Shown piece by piece: positions 25,578 through 35,368 of a stretch of DNA of 62,120 nt (within the stretch, counting starts at the first letter, position 1; every line of letters starts with the position of its first letter). The translations under genes and the position numbers were made by a program. The stretch comes from an uncultured Clostridia bacterium. Lineage in GTDB: Bacteria; Bacillota; Clostridia; Christensenellales; Borkfalkiaceae. The stretch covers positions 1 through 62,120 of the forward strand of contig CANQAZ010000001.1 in assembly GCA_947589555.1 (NCBI GenBank), given 5' to 3'. The notes below the pieces were generated by a model, which was not told the DNA's origin, ran no database searches, and saw only the letters and a program-made list of their open reading frames with translations.

Positions 25578-26774
25578 ATGTTAAAAAAGAAGGAATGCAT
25601 CGCAATGCTTCTTGCGGGCGGACAGGGTTCGAGACTGTACGCCCTCACGAACAACATTGCAAAACCAGCGGTCGCGTTCGGCGCGAAGTACCGCATCATC
25701 GATTTCCCGCTGTCCAACTGTATCAACTCGGGCATCGATACGGTGGGGGTGCTCACGCAGTACGAGCCGCTCGAACTCAACGAGTACATCGGCAACGGCC
25801 AGCCGTGGGACCTCGACCGCGCGTACGGAGGCGTGCACATCCTCTCGCCCTATCAGGCGAAGAAGAAGTCCTCCTGGTACGAGGGCACCGCGAACGCCAT
25901 CTTCCAGAATATGTCGTTCATGAAGAGGTACGACCCCGACTACGTGCTCATCCTCTCGGGCGACCACATCTATAAGATGAATTACGCCGAGATGCTCCGC
26001 GCCCACAAGGCGACGGGGGCGGACTGCACCATCGCCGCCATCGAGGTGCCCATAAAAGAGGCCTCCCGCTTCGGCGTGCTCAACTGCAACCCCGACGGCT
26101 CCATTTACGAATTCGAAGAAAAACCGAAGGTCCCCAAGAGCAACCTCGCCTCGATGGGCATTTACATCTTCACGGCGAAGAAACTCTTCAAATATCTCGC
26201 CGCGGACGACGAGGACCCCGCTTCCGAAAAGGACTTCGGCAAGAATGTGCTTCCCGCCATGCTGAATGCGGGGGAAAAGATGTTCTCCTACCGCTTCAAG
26301 GGCTACTGGAAGGACGTGGGGACCATCTCCTCGCTGTGGGAATCCAACATGGACCTCTTGGGCGCGGAGCCCGCGTTCGACGTTGCGGACAGCGACTGGA
26401 AGATCCATTCCCGCAACCCGCTCGCCCCGCCCGAATATATCGGCGCTACGGCCAAAGTGGCCAACTCCATGATCGCGCTCGGCTGTGAAGTGGAGGGGAC
26501 CGTGGTAAATTCGGTGCTCGCTTCCAACGTCGTCGTGGAGGAGGGAGCGATCGTCAAAGACAGCGTCATCATGGCGGGGACCGTCGTGAAGAAGGGCGCG
26601 AAGGTGACCTACTCCATCGTGGACGAGAACGTTGTGATAGGGGAGGGCGCCTCCGTGGGCACCGACATGGAATGCAAGGCCGGCATTGCCGTGCTCGGCA
26701 GAAATATCACCGTCGCCGCCGGGGTTTCCGTTGCGGGCGGCAAGATCATCGACAAGGATTACAAGGGGGAATAA
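25578..26774 (+). CDS. glgC: Glucose-1-phosphate adenylyltransferase
   Basis: [35 protein letters not shown] and the left-handed beta-helix C-terminus. Confidence 0.95.
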   Translation: MLKKKECIAMLLAGGQGSRLYALTNNIAKPAVAFGAKYRIIDFPLSNCINSGIDTVGVLTQYEPLELNEYIGNGQPWDLDRAYGGVHILSPYQAKKKSSWYEGTANAIFQNMSFMKRYDPDYVLILSGDHIYKMNYAEMLRAHKATGADCTIAAIEVPIKEASRFGVLNCNPDGSIYEFEEKPKVPKSNLASMGIYIFTAKKLFKYLAADDEDPASEKDFGKNVLPAMLNAGEKMFSYRFKGYWKDVGTISSLWESNMDLLGAEPAFDVADSDWKIHSRNPLAPPEYIGATAKVANSMIALGCEVEGTVVNSVLASNVVVEEGAIVKDSVIMAGTVVKKGAKVTYSIVDENVVIGEGASVGTDMECKAGIAVLGRNITVAAGVSVAGGKIIDKDYKGE

Positions 26775-26778
26775 AAAG

Positions 26779-27891
26779 ATGGCTCATTCTATGGTCGGCG
26801 TTATTTTTTCCAATATCCATGACGAAAACGTGCCCGAACTTTCCCGCCACAGAACGATGGCTTCCATCCCCTTCGGCGGGAGATACCGCCTCATCGACTT
26901 CGCGCTCTCCAACATGGTGAACTCGGGGATCACGACGGTGGGCATCGTCACCAAGAACAATTACCAATCCCTCATCGACCACCTCGGGAGCGGAAAGGAA
27001 TGGGACCTCGCGAGAAAGGACGGCGGCATCATCCTTTTGCCCCCGTACTCCGACGAGACCGACACCCCCTATACGACCCGCCTCGAAGCGTTGAAGAGCA
27101 TTACGGGATTTTTGAACCACCGCAACGAGGATTACGTGGTCATTTCGGACTGCGACGGCATCGCGCACATCGACATTGCCGACATCGTGCGCTACCACGA
27201 GGAGAAGGGGGCGGACATCACGATGGTCTACCATGAGGAGACCGACGTGGAATCTTCCTATTATATTACCCTCTCGCCCGATGAGACGGGGCGCATCAAG
27301 GGACTGAAAATCAACCCCAAAACGGGCGGGAAGAAATTCAACCTCTACATCAACATCATGGTGATGAGCAGGGAATTCCTCATCAACACCATCCAGGACG
27401 CCGTCACGCGCGGGCTCGTGAGTTTCGGCAGGGACATCCTCACCAAGAACGTGGATACCCTCAAAATTTACGGCTACGCCTTCAACGGATTTTACGCGAA
27501 CATCTCTTCCGTCCAGAAGTACTACAAATCCAACATGGCCCTCCTCGACAAGAAGGTCCGCGACGAACTGTTCGGCGCGCGCGACATCTATACCAAAGTG
27601 CGCGACAGCGCGCCCAGCAAGTATAACGACGGCGCGACCGTCAAAAATTCCCTCATTTCCGACGGGTGCGTCATCGACGGGACGGTGGAAAACTGCATCC
27701 TCTTCCGCGGCGTGAAAGTGGGAAAGGGGAGCGTCGTGAAAAATTCCATCATCATGCAGGATACCGTCATCGGCGACGGCGCCCGCCTCGACTGCGTCAT
27801 CACGGATAAGAACGTCGTGATCCGCGACCGCAGGAACCTTGCGGGATGCGAAGCGTTGCCCTACTTTGTGGCAAAGGGCAGGATGCTGTAA
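26779..27891 (+). CDS. glgD: Glucose-1-phosphate adenylyltransferase, GlgD (non-catalytic) subunit
   Basis: MAHSMVGVIFSNIHDENVPELSRHRTMASIPFGGRYRLIDFALSNMVNSG. Start is the ATG at 26779, and the gene lies directly after glgC as in Firmicutes. Confidence 0.9.
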   Translation: MAHSMVGVIFSNIHDENVPELSRHRTMASIPFGGRYRLIDFALSNMVNSGITTVGIVTKNNYQSLIDHLGSGKEWDLARKDGGIILLPPYSDETDTPYTTRLEALKSITGFLNHRNEDYVVISDCDGIAHIDIADIVRYHEEKGADITMVYHEETDVESSYYITLSPDETGRIKGLKINPKTGGKKFNLYINIMVMSREFLINTIQDAVTRGLVSFGRDILTKNVDTLKIYGYAFNGFYANISSVQKYYKSNMALLDKKVRDELFGARDIYTKVRDSAPSKYNDGATVKNSLISDGCVIDGTVENCILFRGVKVGKGSVVKNSIIMQDTVIGDGARLDCVITDKNVVIRDRRNLAGCEALPYFVAKGRML

Positions 27892-27998
27892 GGCAAAAAA
27901 GGAAAGCGGCGCCTGGGCCGCCGCGGGCGGGAGACGTCTCTCTCCGCCCCAAAAAAACGCGCGGGAGCGCGCAAAAAACAAAAATTCGGGGGATCAAA

Positions 27999-29573
27999 AT
28001 GAGTACAACGAACCAAGCAAAAAAGAACACGCAAAAGAAGGCGGTGCCGCACAAGGAAGTTGCGGAAAAGCCCGTCATGCCCATCGAAGCGGTGGAGACC
28101 GCGCCCGCGCCCGTTGAGCCCGAAGCGCCCGCCGAGGCCGTGGTGGAAGCGAAGAAGAAGATCCTCTTCGTCGCCTCCGAGGCCGCGCCCTTCATCGCGA
28201 CGGGCGGGCTGGCCGAAGTAGTGGGGTCCCTCTCCAAAGCCCTCGCCAAAGACGGCCGCTACGATGTGCGCGTCATCATTCCGCTCTACCAGGACATCCG
28301 CAAGGAATTCCGCAAGGACTTCAAATTCATCGGCAACATCTTTGTGCCCCTTTCGTGGAGAAACCAATACTGCGGCATCTTTGAGTACAGCGTGGACAAC
28401 GTGACCTACTACTTTGTGGATAACGAGTACTACTTTAAGCGGCCCGGCTGTTACGGCTACTACGACGACGGCGAACGCTTTGCCTTTTTCTGCCGCAGCG
28501 TCATGGAGATCCTCGGCTTCATCAATTTCTACCCCGAGGTTTTGCACTGCCACGACTGGCAGGCGGCGCTGGCGGCCCTCTACCTTAAAACCATTTACTG
28601 CTTCCGCCCGGAGTATCAGTTCATCCGCGCGGTGTTCACCATCCATAACATCGAATATCAGGGCAAATATTCCCTCGATATCCTCGAAGATCTCTTCGGC
28701 ATTTCCTACCGCTACCAATACCTTGTGGAGTACGACCACTGCATCAACCTCATGAAGGGGGCGATCGAATGCTGTGAGCGCTTTACGACGGTGAGCCCGA
28801 CCTACGCGGGCGAGATCAAAGACCCGTACTATTCGCACGGGCTCGACGGGATCGTGCGGCGCAACGAGTTCAAACTGTGCGGCATCCTGAACGGCATCGA
28901 CCCCGATTATTACGACCCCGCGACCGATAAATCGCTCTTCGCCAATTACAGCGCGGAGGATATCGCCCCGAAGGCAGTGTGCAAGGAGGAACTCCAACGC
29001 ATGCTCAACCTGCCCGTGAAACCCGAGACGCCCATCATTGCGATGATCTCCCGCCTCGTCTCCCACAAGGGGCTCGACCTCGTGAAAGAGGTGGCCGAAC
29101 AGATCTTGCGGCAGGACGTGCAACTCGTGATCCTCGGGACGGGGGACGGCTCCTACGAGGCCTATTTTTCCGACCTCGCGCGCAGGTATCAGGGCAAGGT
29201 GGCGACCGTCATTACCTTCAATTCCGACCTCTCCCGCAAGATCTACTCGGGCGCGGACCTCTTTTTGATGCCTTCGAAGAGCGAACCGTGCGGCCTTTCG
29301 CAGATGATCGCCTCCCGCTACGGCACCGTGGCCATCGTGCGCGAGACGGGCGGCCTAAAAGACAGCATCAAACCCTACGGCGCGGGCGGAAACGGCTTTA
29401 CCTTCCGCGATTACAACGCCTATGACATGCTGTACGTCATCAACGAGGCGCTCGGCGTGTATCGCAACCGCGAAGAATGGCAAAAACTCGTGAAAAAGGC
29501 CATGACGACCGATTTTACCTGGGCGACGTCGGCAAAATACTACGAAGCCCTCTACCTCGATATGCTGAAATAA
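27999..29573 (+). CDS. glgA: Glycogen synthase (GT5) with ~50-aa low-complexity N-terminal extension
   Basis: KILFVASEAAPFIATGGLAEVVGSL is the KxGGL-type motif, with a typical C-terminal half. Start is the ATG at 27999; an internal start near MPIEAVE cannot be excluded. Confidence 0.9.
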   Translation: MSTTNQAKKNTQKKAVPHKEVAEKPVMPIEAVETAPAPVEPEAPAEAVVEAKKKILFVASEAAPFIATGGLAEVVGSLSKALAKDGRYDVRVIIPLYQDIRKEFRKDFKFIGNIFVPLSWRNQYCGIFEYSVDNVTYYFVDNEYYFKRPGCYGYYDDGERFAFFCRSVMEILGFINFYPEVLHCHDWQAALAALYLKTIYCFRPEYQFIRAVFTIHNIEYQGKYSLDILEDLFGISYRYQYLVEYDHCINLMKGAIECCERFTTVSPTYAGEIKDPYYSHGLDGIVRRNEFKLCGILNGIDPDYYDPATDKSLFANYSAEDIAPKAVCKEELQRMLNLPVKPETPIIAMISRLVSHKGLDLVKEVAEQILRQDVQLVILGTGDGSYEAYFSDLARRYQGKVATVITFNSDLSRKIYSGADLFLMPSKSEPCGLSQMIASRYGTVAIVRETGGLKDSIKPYGAGGNGFTFRDYNAYDMLYVINEALGVYRNREEWQKLVKKAMTTDFTWATSAKYYEALYLDMLK

Positions 29574-29591
29574 ATTTTCCGGAGAGAAACA

Positions 29592-32018
29592 ATGGCAAAA
29601 CTGACCGAGCATGATGCACAACACCTCATTGCAAGCAAGTTGACGCGGTATTTCGGCGTGAACGCGCAGGAAGCGACCCGCGAGCAAATTTATAAGGCGG
29701 TCGTGATGAGCGTCCGCGATATCATGCTCGAAAAAAGGCAAAAATTCCACGTGAAAATGAAAAATGCGCGCGCAAAACGCGTTTATTACCTCTGCATGGA
29801 ATTTTTGATGGGCAGATCGCTCAAAAACAGCATTTATAACCTCGGCATCGGGCCCCAACTTGCGGCCGCCGTAAAAACGTACGGCATGACCCTCGACGAC
29901 CTGTACGAGGAGGAGCCCGACGCCGGGCTCGGAAATGGGGGACTCGGGCGGCTCGCGGCCTGCTTTTTGGACGCGCTCGCGACCCAGGATTACCCCGCGA
30001 TGGGCTTTTCCATCTGCTACCAGTACGGGCTCTTCAAACAGAAGATCGTGGACGGCTGGCAGATGGAACTCCCCGATGTGTGGCTCCCCGGCGGCGAAGC
30101 GTGGCTGACACAACGCTCGGATAAGCAATTTATCGTCCGCTTTGACGGCGAACTCGAAGAAAAGTGGACCGACCACGGCATGGAGACCGTGTACCACAAC
30201 GCAAAAGAAGTGGAAGCGGTGGCCTGCGATATGATGGTTTCGGGCGCGGACAGCGAGGCCGTGAGCGTGCTCCGCCTGTGGCGTTCGCGCGCGGTGCAGA
30301 AATTCGATATGCAACTCTTCTCGCAGGGCAACTATGACGAGGTGATGCGGGACGAGAGCGAGGCGCAACTCCTTTCCAAAGTGCTTTATCCCTCGGATAA
30401 CCACTACGAAGGCAAGTCTTTGCGCCTGAAACAGCAGTATTTCCTCGTTTCCGCCTCCTTGCAGTGCATCGTTTCCGACCACAAGCGGCGGTACGGCTCG
30501 CTTGCGCTTCTGCCGCAGATGGCCGCCATCCACATCAACGATACTCACCCGGCGCTCGCCATTCCCGAACTCATGCGCATCCTCGTGGACGAGAACTATT
30601 TCAGTTGGGAGGTGGCGTGGAACATCACCACGGCGACTTGCGCCTATACCAACCACACCGTGCTTGCCGAAGCGCTTGAAACGTGGGCGGAGGACCTCAT
30701 CGCCCGCAGATTGCCCCGCATTTACTGCATTTTGAAGGAGATCAACCGCCGCTTCTGCGACGACCTTTGGCACAAATATCCCGGGGACTGGAATAAAATT
30801 TCGCGCATGTCCATCCTTTCCCACAACACCGTGCGCATGGCGAATTTGTGCGTGATGGGCTCGCACAGCGTGAACGGCGTTTCCGGGTTGCACAGCGAGA
30901 TCATCAAGGAGAGCATTTTCCGCGATTTCTACGACTATACGCCCGAGAAATTTACCAACGTGACGAACGGCATCGCCCACAGGCGTTGGCTCAACCAGTC
31001 CAACCCCGAACTCTGCGCCCTCCTCAACGAGTGCATCGGCACGGGGTACGCGAAGGACGCCTCCAAACTCGCCGATTTTGCCAAATTTGCGAACGACGAG
31101 AGCGTTTTGAAGAGGCTCGGGGAGATCAAACGCATCAAAAAAGAGCAATTTGCCGCGCTGGCCAAAAAGGCGCAGGGCGTGGAGATCGACCCCGATACCG
31201 TGTTCGACGTGCAGGCGAAACGCCTCCACGAATATAAGCGGCAATTGTTGAACGTACTCCACATCATCGCCGATTACAACGCCCTCCGCGAGGATCCCGG
31301 GCTCGATATTTTGCCCAAGACGTACATTTTTGCCGCAAAGGCCGCCGCGGGCTACGATATGGCCAAGCAGATCATCAAACTCATCTGCTATCTCGCCGAG
31401 GAGATCCGCAAGAATCCCAAGATACGCGAAAAACTCAACGTCGTGTTCATGGAAAACTACAATGTAACGATGTCCGAATATTTGATGCCCGCATCGGAGA
31501 TTTCCGAGCAAATTTCGCTCGCGGGCAAGGAAGCGAGCGGCACGGGCAACATGAAATTCATGATCAACGGCGCGCTCACCATCGGCACCCTCGACGGCGC
31601 GAACGTGGAAATGGCCGAACGCGTGGGGGACGACAACATCTTCATCTTCGGCTTGAAGGCGGACGAGGTGGCGGAGATCTGGGAGCGCCGCTACAATTCC
31701 AGCACCTACTATAACCAGGATCTCACCTTGCGGCAGATCACCGAATCGCTCATCGTGGGCTTCAACGGGCAGTCTTTCTCCGATATTGCGAATTATCTTC
31801 TGCGCAACACGCCCGTGGCCGACCCGTACATGTGCTTTGCCGACTACGAATCCTACTCCAAGACGCAGGAGAAGATGTCCGCGCTTTACAGGAGCGACCC
31901 GACGGAGTGGAACAGAAAATCGCTCCACAACATCGCCGCGGCGGGATATTTCTCGGCCGACAGGGCCATCCGCGACTACGCGACGCACATTTGGAACTTG
32001 AAACCGTTGAAAAAATAG
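29592..32018 (+). CDS. glgP: Glycogen/maltodextrin phosphorylase (GT35)
   Basis: 808 aa with EPDAGLGNGGLGRLAACFLD and the PLP site GKEASGTGNMKFMINGALTIGTLDGANVE. Confidence 0.95.
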   Translation: MAKLTEHDAQHLIASKLTRYFGVNAQEATREQIYKAVVMSVRDIMLEKRQKFHVKMKNARAKRVYYLCMEFLMGRSLKNSIYNLGIGPQLAAAVKTYGMTLDDLYEEEPDAGLGNGGLGRLAACFLDALATQDYPAMGFSICYQYGLFKQKIVDGWQMELPDVWLPGGEAWLTQRSDKQFIVRFDGELEEKWTDHGMETVYHNAKEVEAVACDMMVSGADSEAVSVLRLWRSRAVQKFDMQLFSQGNYDEVMRDESEAQLLSKVLYPSDNHYEGKSLRLKQQYFLVSASLQCIVSDHKRRYGSLALLPQMAAIHINDTHPALAIPELMRILVDENYFSWEVAWNITTATCAYTNHTVLAEALETWAEDLIARRLPRIYCILKEINRRFCDDLWHKYPGDWNKISRMSILSHNTVRMANLCVMGSHSVNGVSGLHSEIIKESIFRDFYDYTPEKFTNVTNGIAHRRWLNQSNPELCALLNECIGTGYAKDASKLADFAKFANDESVLKRLGEIKRIKKEQFAALAKKAQGVEIDPDTVFDVQAKRLHEYKRQLLNVLHIIADYNALREDPGLDILPKTYIFAAKAAAGYDMAKQIIKLICYLAEEIRKNPKIREKLNVVFMENYNVTMSEYLMPASEISEQISLAGKEASGTGNMKFMINGALTIGTLDGANVEMAERVGDDNIFIFGLKADEVAEIWERRYNSSTYYNQDLTLRQITESLIVGFNGQSFSDIANYLLRNTPVADPYMCFADYESYSKTQEKMSALYRSDPTEWNRKSLHNIAAAGYFSADRAIRDYATHIWNLKPLKK

Positions 32019-32022
32019 AGAA

Positions 32023-33849
32023 ATGAGTTACTTTTACCATCCGCTGAAACGGGAGTGCAAAAGTTTGACCGGCGCGGTCCCGCGGGGCAGTGGGTTGACC
32101 TTTCATATTTTTCGGAGGGAAAGCGGAGAAGCGGACTTCTCCGCTCAACTTTGCAGTCTCGTGATTTTTGAGGACGGAAAGCACGAGACCGTTTTTCCGA
32201 TGAAAAAAACGGAGGACGGGTTTGCGATCACGCTGAAACTCCATCAAACCGGCCTCTATTTTTATTATTTTCGGCTCGACCGCGTCTGCCTCGGATGCGG
32301 AAAGGGACGGAAAGGGGAGTTGACGGAACAGCCCCAATGCTGGCAACTGACCGTCTATGACGAGGACTACGAAACGCCCGAATGGTTCAAGGGCGGCATC
32401 ATGTACCAAATTTTCCCCGACCGCTTTTTCCGCGCGGGGAACAATTCGGTAAAACCCTACCAGATCCTCCGCGGAGATTGGGGCGGACTCCCTTCGTTCC
32501 GCCCGAATGAGTTCGGAAAGGTGCTCAATAACGACTTTTTCGGCGGCGATTTGCAGGGTGTGCGCGAAAAACTCGACTATCTGAAAGCCCTGCACGTCAA
32601 CGCCATCTATTTCAATCCCGTGTTCGAGGCCTATTCCAACCACCGCTACGATACGGGCGATTACATGAAGATCGATCCGTTGCTCGGCACGAAGGAGGAT
32701 TTTTGCGCCCTCATCGGCGACGCAAAGGCGCGCGGCATCCGCGTGATCCTCGACGGCGTGTTCAACCACACGGGCGACGACAGCCGCTATTTCAACAAAT
32801 ACGGGCGGTACGACAGCGTGGGCGCCTACCAATCCGTGCAGTCGCCTTACAGCGAGTGGTATTGCTTCCGCCAATTCCCCGATACCTATGAAAGTTGGTG
32901 GGGAATCGAGACGTTGCCCGCGGTGAACGAATCCTCGGCCTCTTACCAGGATTTTATCTGCGGAGAAAACGGCGTCATCCAAACTTGGATCTCCTGCGGC
33001 GTGGGCGGCTACCGCCTCGACGTTGCGGACGAATTGCCCGATTTCTTCCTCGAAAAGGTGCGCCGCGCCGTGAAAGAGAGCGACGAGGACGCCTTGATCA
33101 TCGGCGAAGTGTGGGAGGACGCCTCCAATAAGGTCGCTTACGACGTGCGCAAGAAGTATTTGCAGGGGCGCGAACTCGACAGCGTGATGAACTATCCGCT
33201 GAAAAATGCCATCATCCGCTTTGTGCTCTCGGGCGATTGCGAAATGCTCCGCGAGACGGTCGCCATGCTCATCGACAATTATCCCAAACCGACCCTCGAC
33301 TGCCTCATGAACATTTTGGGAACGCACGACACGCCGCGCATTCTGACCGTCCTTGCGGGAAAATGGTGCGCGACGAAGGAAGAGATGGCGGCGACGAAAT
33401 TGAGCGGCGAGGAACGCGCGCGCGCCAAACAAAAGGTAAAAATGGCGGCGACCTTGCAGTTTACTTTGCCGGGCGTGCCTTGCATCTACTACGGCGACGA
33501 GATCGCGATGGAAGGTTTTCAGGATCCGTTCTGCCGCGGCTGTTACGATTGGGCGCATCCCGACGAGGAATTGCGCGCGTTTTACGAAAAACTCGCAACG
33601 ATCCGCACCGAGGTATTCGGCGACATTTTGCGGGACGGCGAATATCGGGAAATTTTTGCGGCGCAAGGCTGTATCGTTTATGAGCGCCGTAAAAACGGGC
33701 GGTCCATGTTGGTTTACGCCAACAATTCCGCCGCGGACCATATTTTACGGGGCGAGGGAAAGTGGAAGGAGCATTTGACGGGGCAAACCTTTGACGGCGG
33801 AATGACGATCCCGAAATATTCGTACGGAATTCTCTCGAAAATCGAATAG
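32023..33849 (+). CDS. GH13 alpha-amylase-family enzyme (neopullulanase / cyclomaltodextrinase / debranching-type)
   Basis: Conserved regions DGVFNHTG, GGYRLDVADEL, IIGEVWED and LGTHDTPR, plus an N-terminal accessory domain. It is the last gene of the glg operon. Confidence 0.85.
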   Translation: MSYFYHPLKRECKSLTGAVPRGSGLTFHIFRRESGEADFSAQLCSLVIFEDGKHETVFPMKKTEDGFAITLKLHQTGLYFYYFRLDRVCLGCGKGRKGELTEQPQCWQLTVYDEDYETPEWFKGGIMYQIFPDRFFRAGNNSVKPYQILRGDWGGLPSFRPNEFGKVLNNDFFGGDLQGVREKLDYLKALHVNAIYFNPVFEAYSNHRYDTGDYMKIDPLLGTKEDFCALIGDAKARGIRVILDGVFNHTGDDSRYFNKYGRYDSVGAYQSVQSPYSEWYCFRQFPDTYESWWGIETLPAVNESSASYQDFICGENGVIQTWISCGVGGYRLDVADELPDFFLEKVRRAVKESDEDALIIGEVWEDASNKVAYDVRKKYLQGRELDSVMNYPLKNAIIRFVLSGDCEMLRETVAMLIDNYPKPTLDCLMNILGTHDTPRILTVLAGKWCATKEEMAATKLSGEERARAKQKVKMAATLQFTLPGVPCIYYGDEIAMEGFQDPFCRGCYDWAHPDEELRAFYEKLATIRTEVFGDILRDGEYREIFAAQGCIVYERRKNGRSMLVYANNSAADHILRGEGKWKEHLTGQTFDGGMTIPKYSYGILSKIE

Positions 33850-33883
33850 TATGCGTGGCATAATATACTATGTGTGACATAAT
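33845..33883 (+). repeat. Motif copy O3 (tandem, two overlapping partial units): AATAGTATGCGTGGCATAAT-ATACTATGTGTGACATAAT
   Basis: Overlaps the TAG stop (33847-33849) of the GH13 gene and lies upstream of the terminator at 33904. Each unit matches the 3' 15 nt of O1 with one mismatch. Confidence 0.85.
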
Positions 33884-33903
33884 GCGCAGAAAGATGATGG
33901 TGG

Positions 33904-33946
33904 CGGCGCGGCTCCGGAAAGTGAAGGTCCGCGCCGTGTTTTTTTT
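33904..33946 (+). terminator. Rho-independent terminator of the glycogen operon
   Basis: CGGCGCGG...CCGCGCCG stem followed by a T8 run. Confidence 0.75.
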
Positions 33947-34071
33947 GAAAAACGGAAAAATGACCCGCAAAAACAGAAAAAAGATCGATGGACGAATGGG
34001 AAAATCGAAAAGCGGCGAAAATTGGACGCGAAATTTTTTGCGTGAAAAAACAGAAAATTTGCGGGCGGATG

Positions 34072-34098
34072 GTTGCGCAAAAAATTTTTTTGCGCAAC
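34072..34098. repeat. Near-perfect 27-nt palindrome GTTGCGC-A6-T7-GCGCAAC
   Basis: Read directly. It lies in an A-rich 350-nt noncoding stretch carrying several GCGCAAAAA / TTTTTGCG-like words. Confidence 0.8.
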
Positions 34099-34175
34099 AG
34101 AAAAAATGTGCGAATTCGTAAAAAAACGCGCAAATCAATGGATCGAGATATCTATTCAGGCCTTTTTTGCCCCTT

Positions 34176-34210
34176 ACTATTCGTAAAAGCGGCGTTTTGC
34201 GAATAGTTTT
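34176..34210 (+). terminator. Hairpin ACTATTCG...CGAATAGT plus TTTT (second terminator-like element in the same gap)
   Basis: The 8-bp outer arms, with inner AAAAGC/GCGTTTT pairing, are followed by TTTT. This implies a possible short transcript between 33947 and 34210. Confidence 0.45.
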
Positions 34211-34269
34211 GGGTGTCTTGGGCGCGCGTTTTGCCTCACCCCCATAGGGCTTGGATGCCGCTCCAAACA

Positions 34270-34299
34270 TTGACAACGGCCCTTTCGGCGTGCTATAAT
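34270..34299 (+). promoter_or_regulatory. Promoter TTGACA-N18-TGcTATAAT, 7 nt before the recombinase ATG (leaderless-type)
   Basis: TTGACA at 34270-34275, an extended -10 TGCTATAAT at 34291-34299 and the ATG at 34307. The track start at 34298 lies inside the -10 box. Confidence 0.6.
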
Positions 34300-34306
34300 G
34301 GTCGCG

Positions 34307-35368
34307 ATGAAACGCAATTCCAACTATTATCAGGAAAGAAATCTCGACAATCTGGACCGTATCGACAGGCTCCTCGAAGAACTCCCCTACTTCTGCGAGG
34401 ATTTTTTGCGCGGCGTGGAAACGCGTACGAGTACCCTCACTCGCCTCAATTATGTGTACGATTTGCGCATCTTTTTCGATTTCCTCGTCAAGAAACGCTT
34501 CCGCGGCAAACAGGTGCGCGAACTCACCCTTGAAGATATCGAGCAAGTGACCGATACCGACATCGAAATTTTCCTCTCCTATCTCTCCAATTATCAATTC
34601 GGCGACAAACGCCTCTCCTGCGACGAGCGCGCCAAAGCCCGCAAACTCTCCACTGTGCGCTCGATGTTCAAGTATTTCTTCAACAAAGGCCTCATCGAAG
34701 TCAACAATACCGCGAAAGTTTCTACGCCCAAACTCCACGATAAGGAGATCGTCCGCCTGGAAAGCGACGAGGTCTCCTCTCTGCTCGATACCGCTGAGGA
34801 AGGCAACGGCCTCTCCCCCCATGCGGCCGGCTATCACGACAAGACCAAAATACGCGATACCGCCATTTTGACCCTCTTTTTGGGCACGGGCATCCGTATT
34901 TCCGAACTCGTCGGTCTCAACGATGAAAGCATCGATTTTTCCACCAATTCCTTTGTCGTGACCCGCAAGGGCGGAAATCACGCTATTTTGTACTTTTCGG
35001 AGGAGGTCGGCGACGCCCTCGCCGCCTATCTCGCCCAAAAACAGGACGATCCCCGCGTGCCCGAGGACGAGCACGCCCTCTTTTTATCCCTCCAATATCG
35101 CCGTATTACCGTGCGCGCCGTCGAAAATCTCGTCAAAAAGTACGCGCGCATCGTCTCCCCTCTCAAAAAAATCACGCCGCATAAACTCCGCTCCACCTAC
35201 GGCACCGCCCTTTACCGCGAAACGGGCGACATCTACATCGTGGCCGACGTCTTGGGACACAGGGACGTGAATACGACGCGCAAACACTATGCCGCCATCA
35301 CAGAGGACCACCGCAAGGCCGTTGCGGACAAGGTAAAACTCCATAAACCGGGAGACGGCGGCGAATGA
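34307..35368 (+). CDS. Tyrosine recombinase (XerC/XerD-like, phage-integrase family)
   Basis: N-terminal SAM-like domain. The catalytic residues appear in GTGIRISELVGL (Arg), HKLRSTYGT (HxxR) and LGHRDVNTTRKHY (His...Tyr). ATGA overlap with hflX. Confidence 0.85.
   Translation: MKRNSNYYQERNLDNLDRIDRLLEELPYFCEDFLRGVETRTSTLTRLNYVYDLRIFFDFLVKKRFRGKQVRELTLEDIEQVTDTDIEIFLSYLSNYQFGDKRLSCDERAKARKLSTVRSMFKYFFNKGLIEVNNTAKVSTPKLHDKEIVRLESDEVSSLLDTAEEGNGLSPHAAGYHDKTKIRDTAILTLFLGTGIRISELVGLNDESIDFSTNSFVVTRKGGNHAILYFSEEVGDALAAYLAQKQDDPRVPEDEHALFLSLQYRRITVRAVENLVKKYARIVSPLKKITPHKLRSTYGTALYRETGDIYIVADVLGHRDVNTTRKHYAAITEDHRKAVADKVKLHKPGDGGE

Noticed and set aside
33870-34121. 83-aa ORF starting inside motif O3 (MCDIMRRKMMVAARLRKVKVRAVFFLKNGKMTRKNRKK...).
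   Set aside because: It is an extremely basic, low-complexity translation of A-rich DNA. It has no RBS and spans the glg operon terminator. It is kept only as a remark in the finding on this region.
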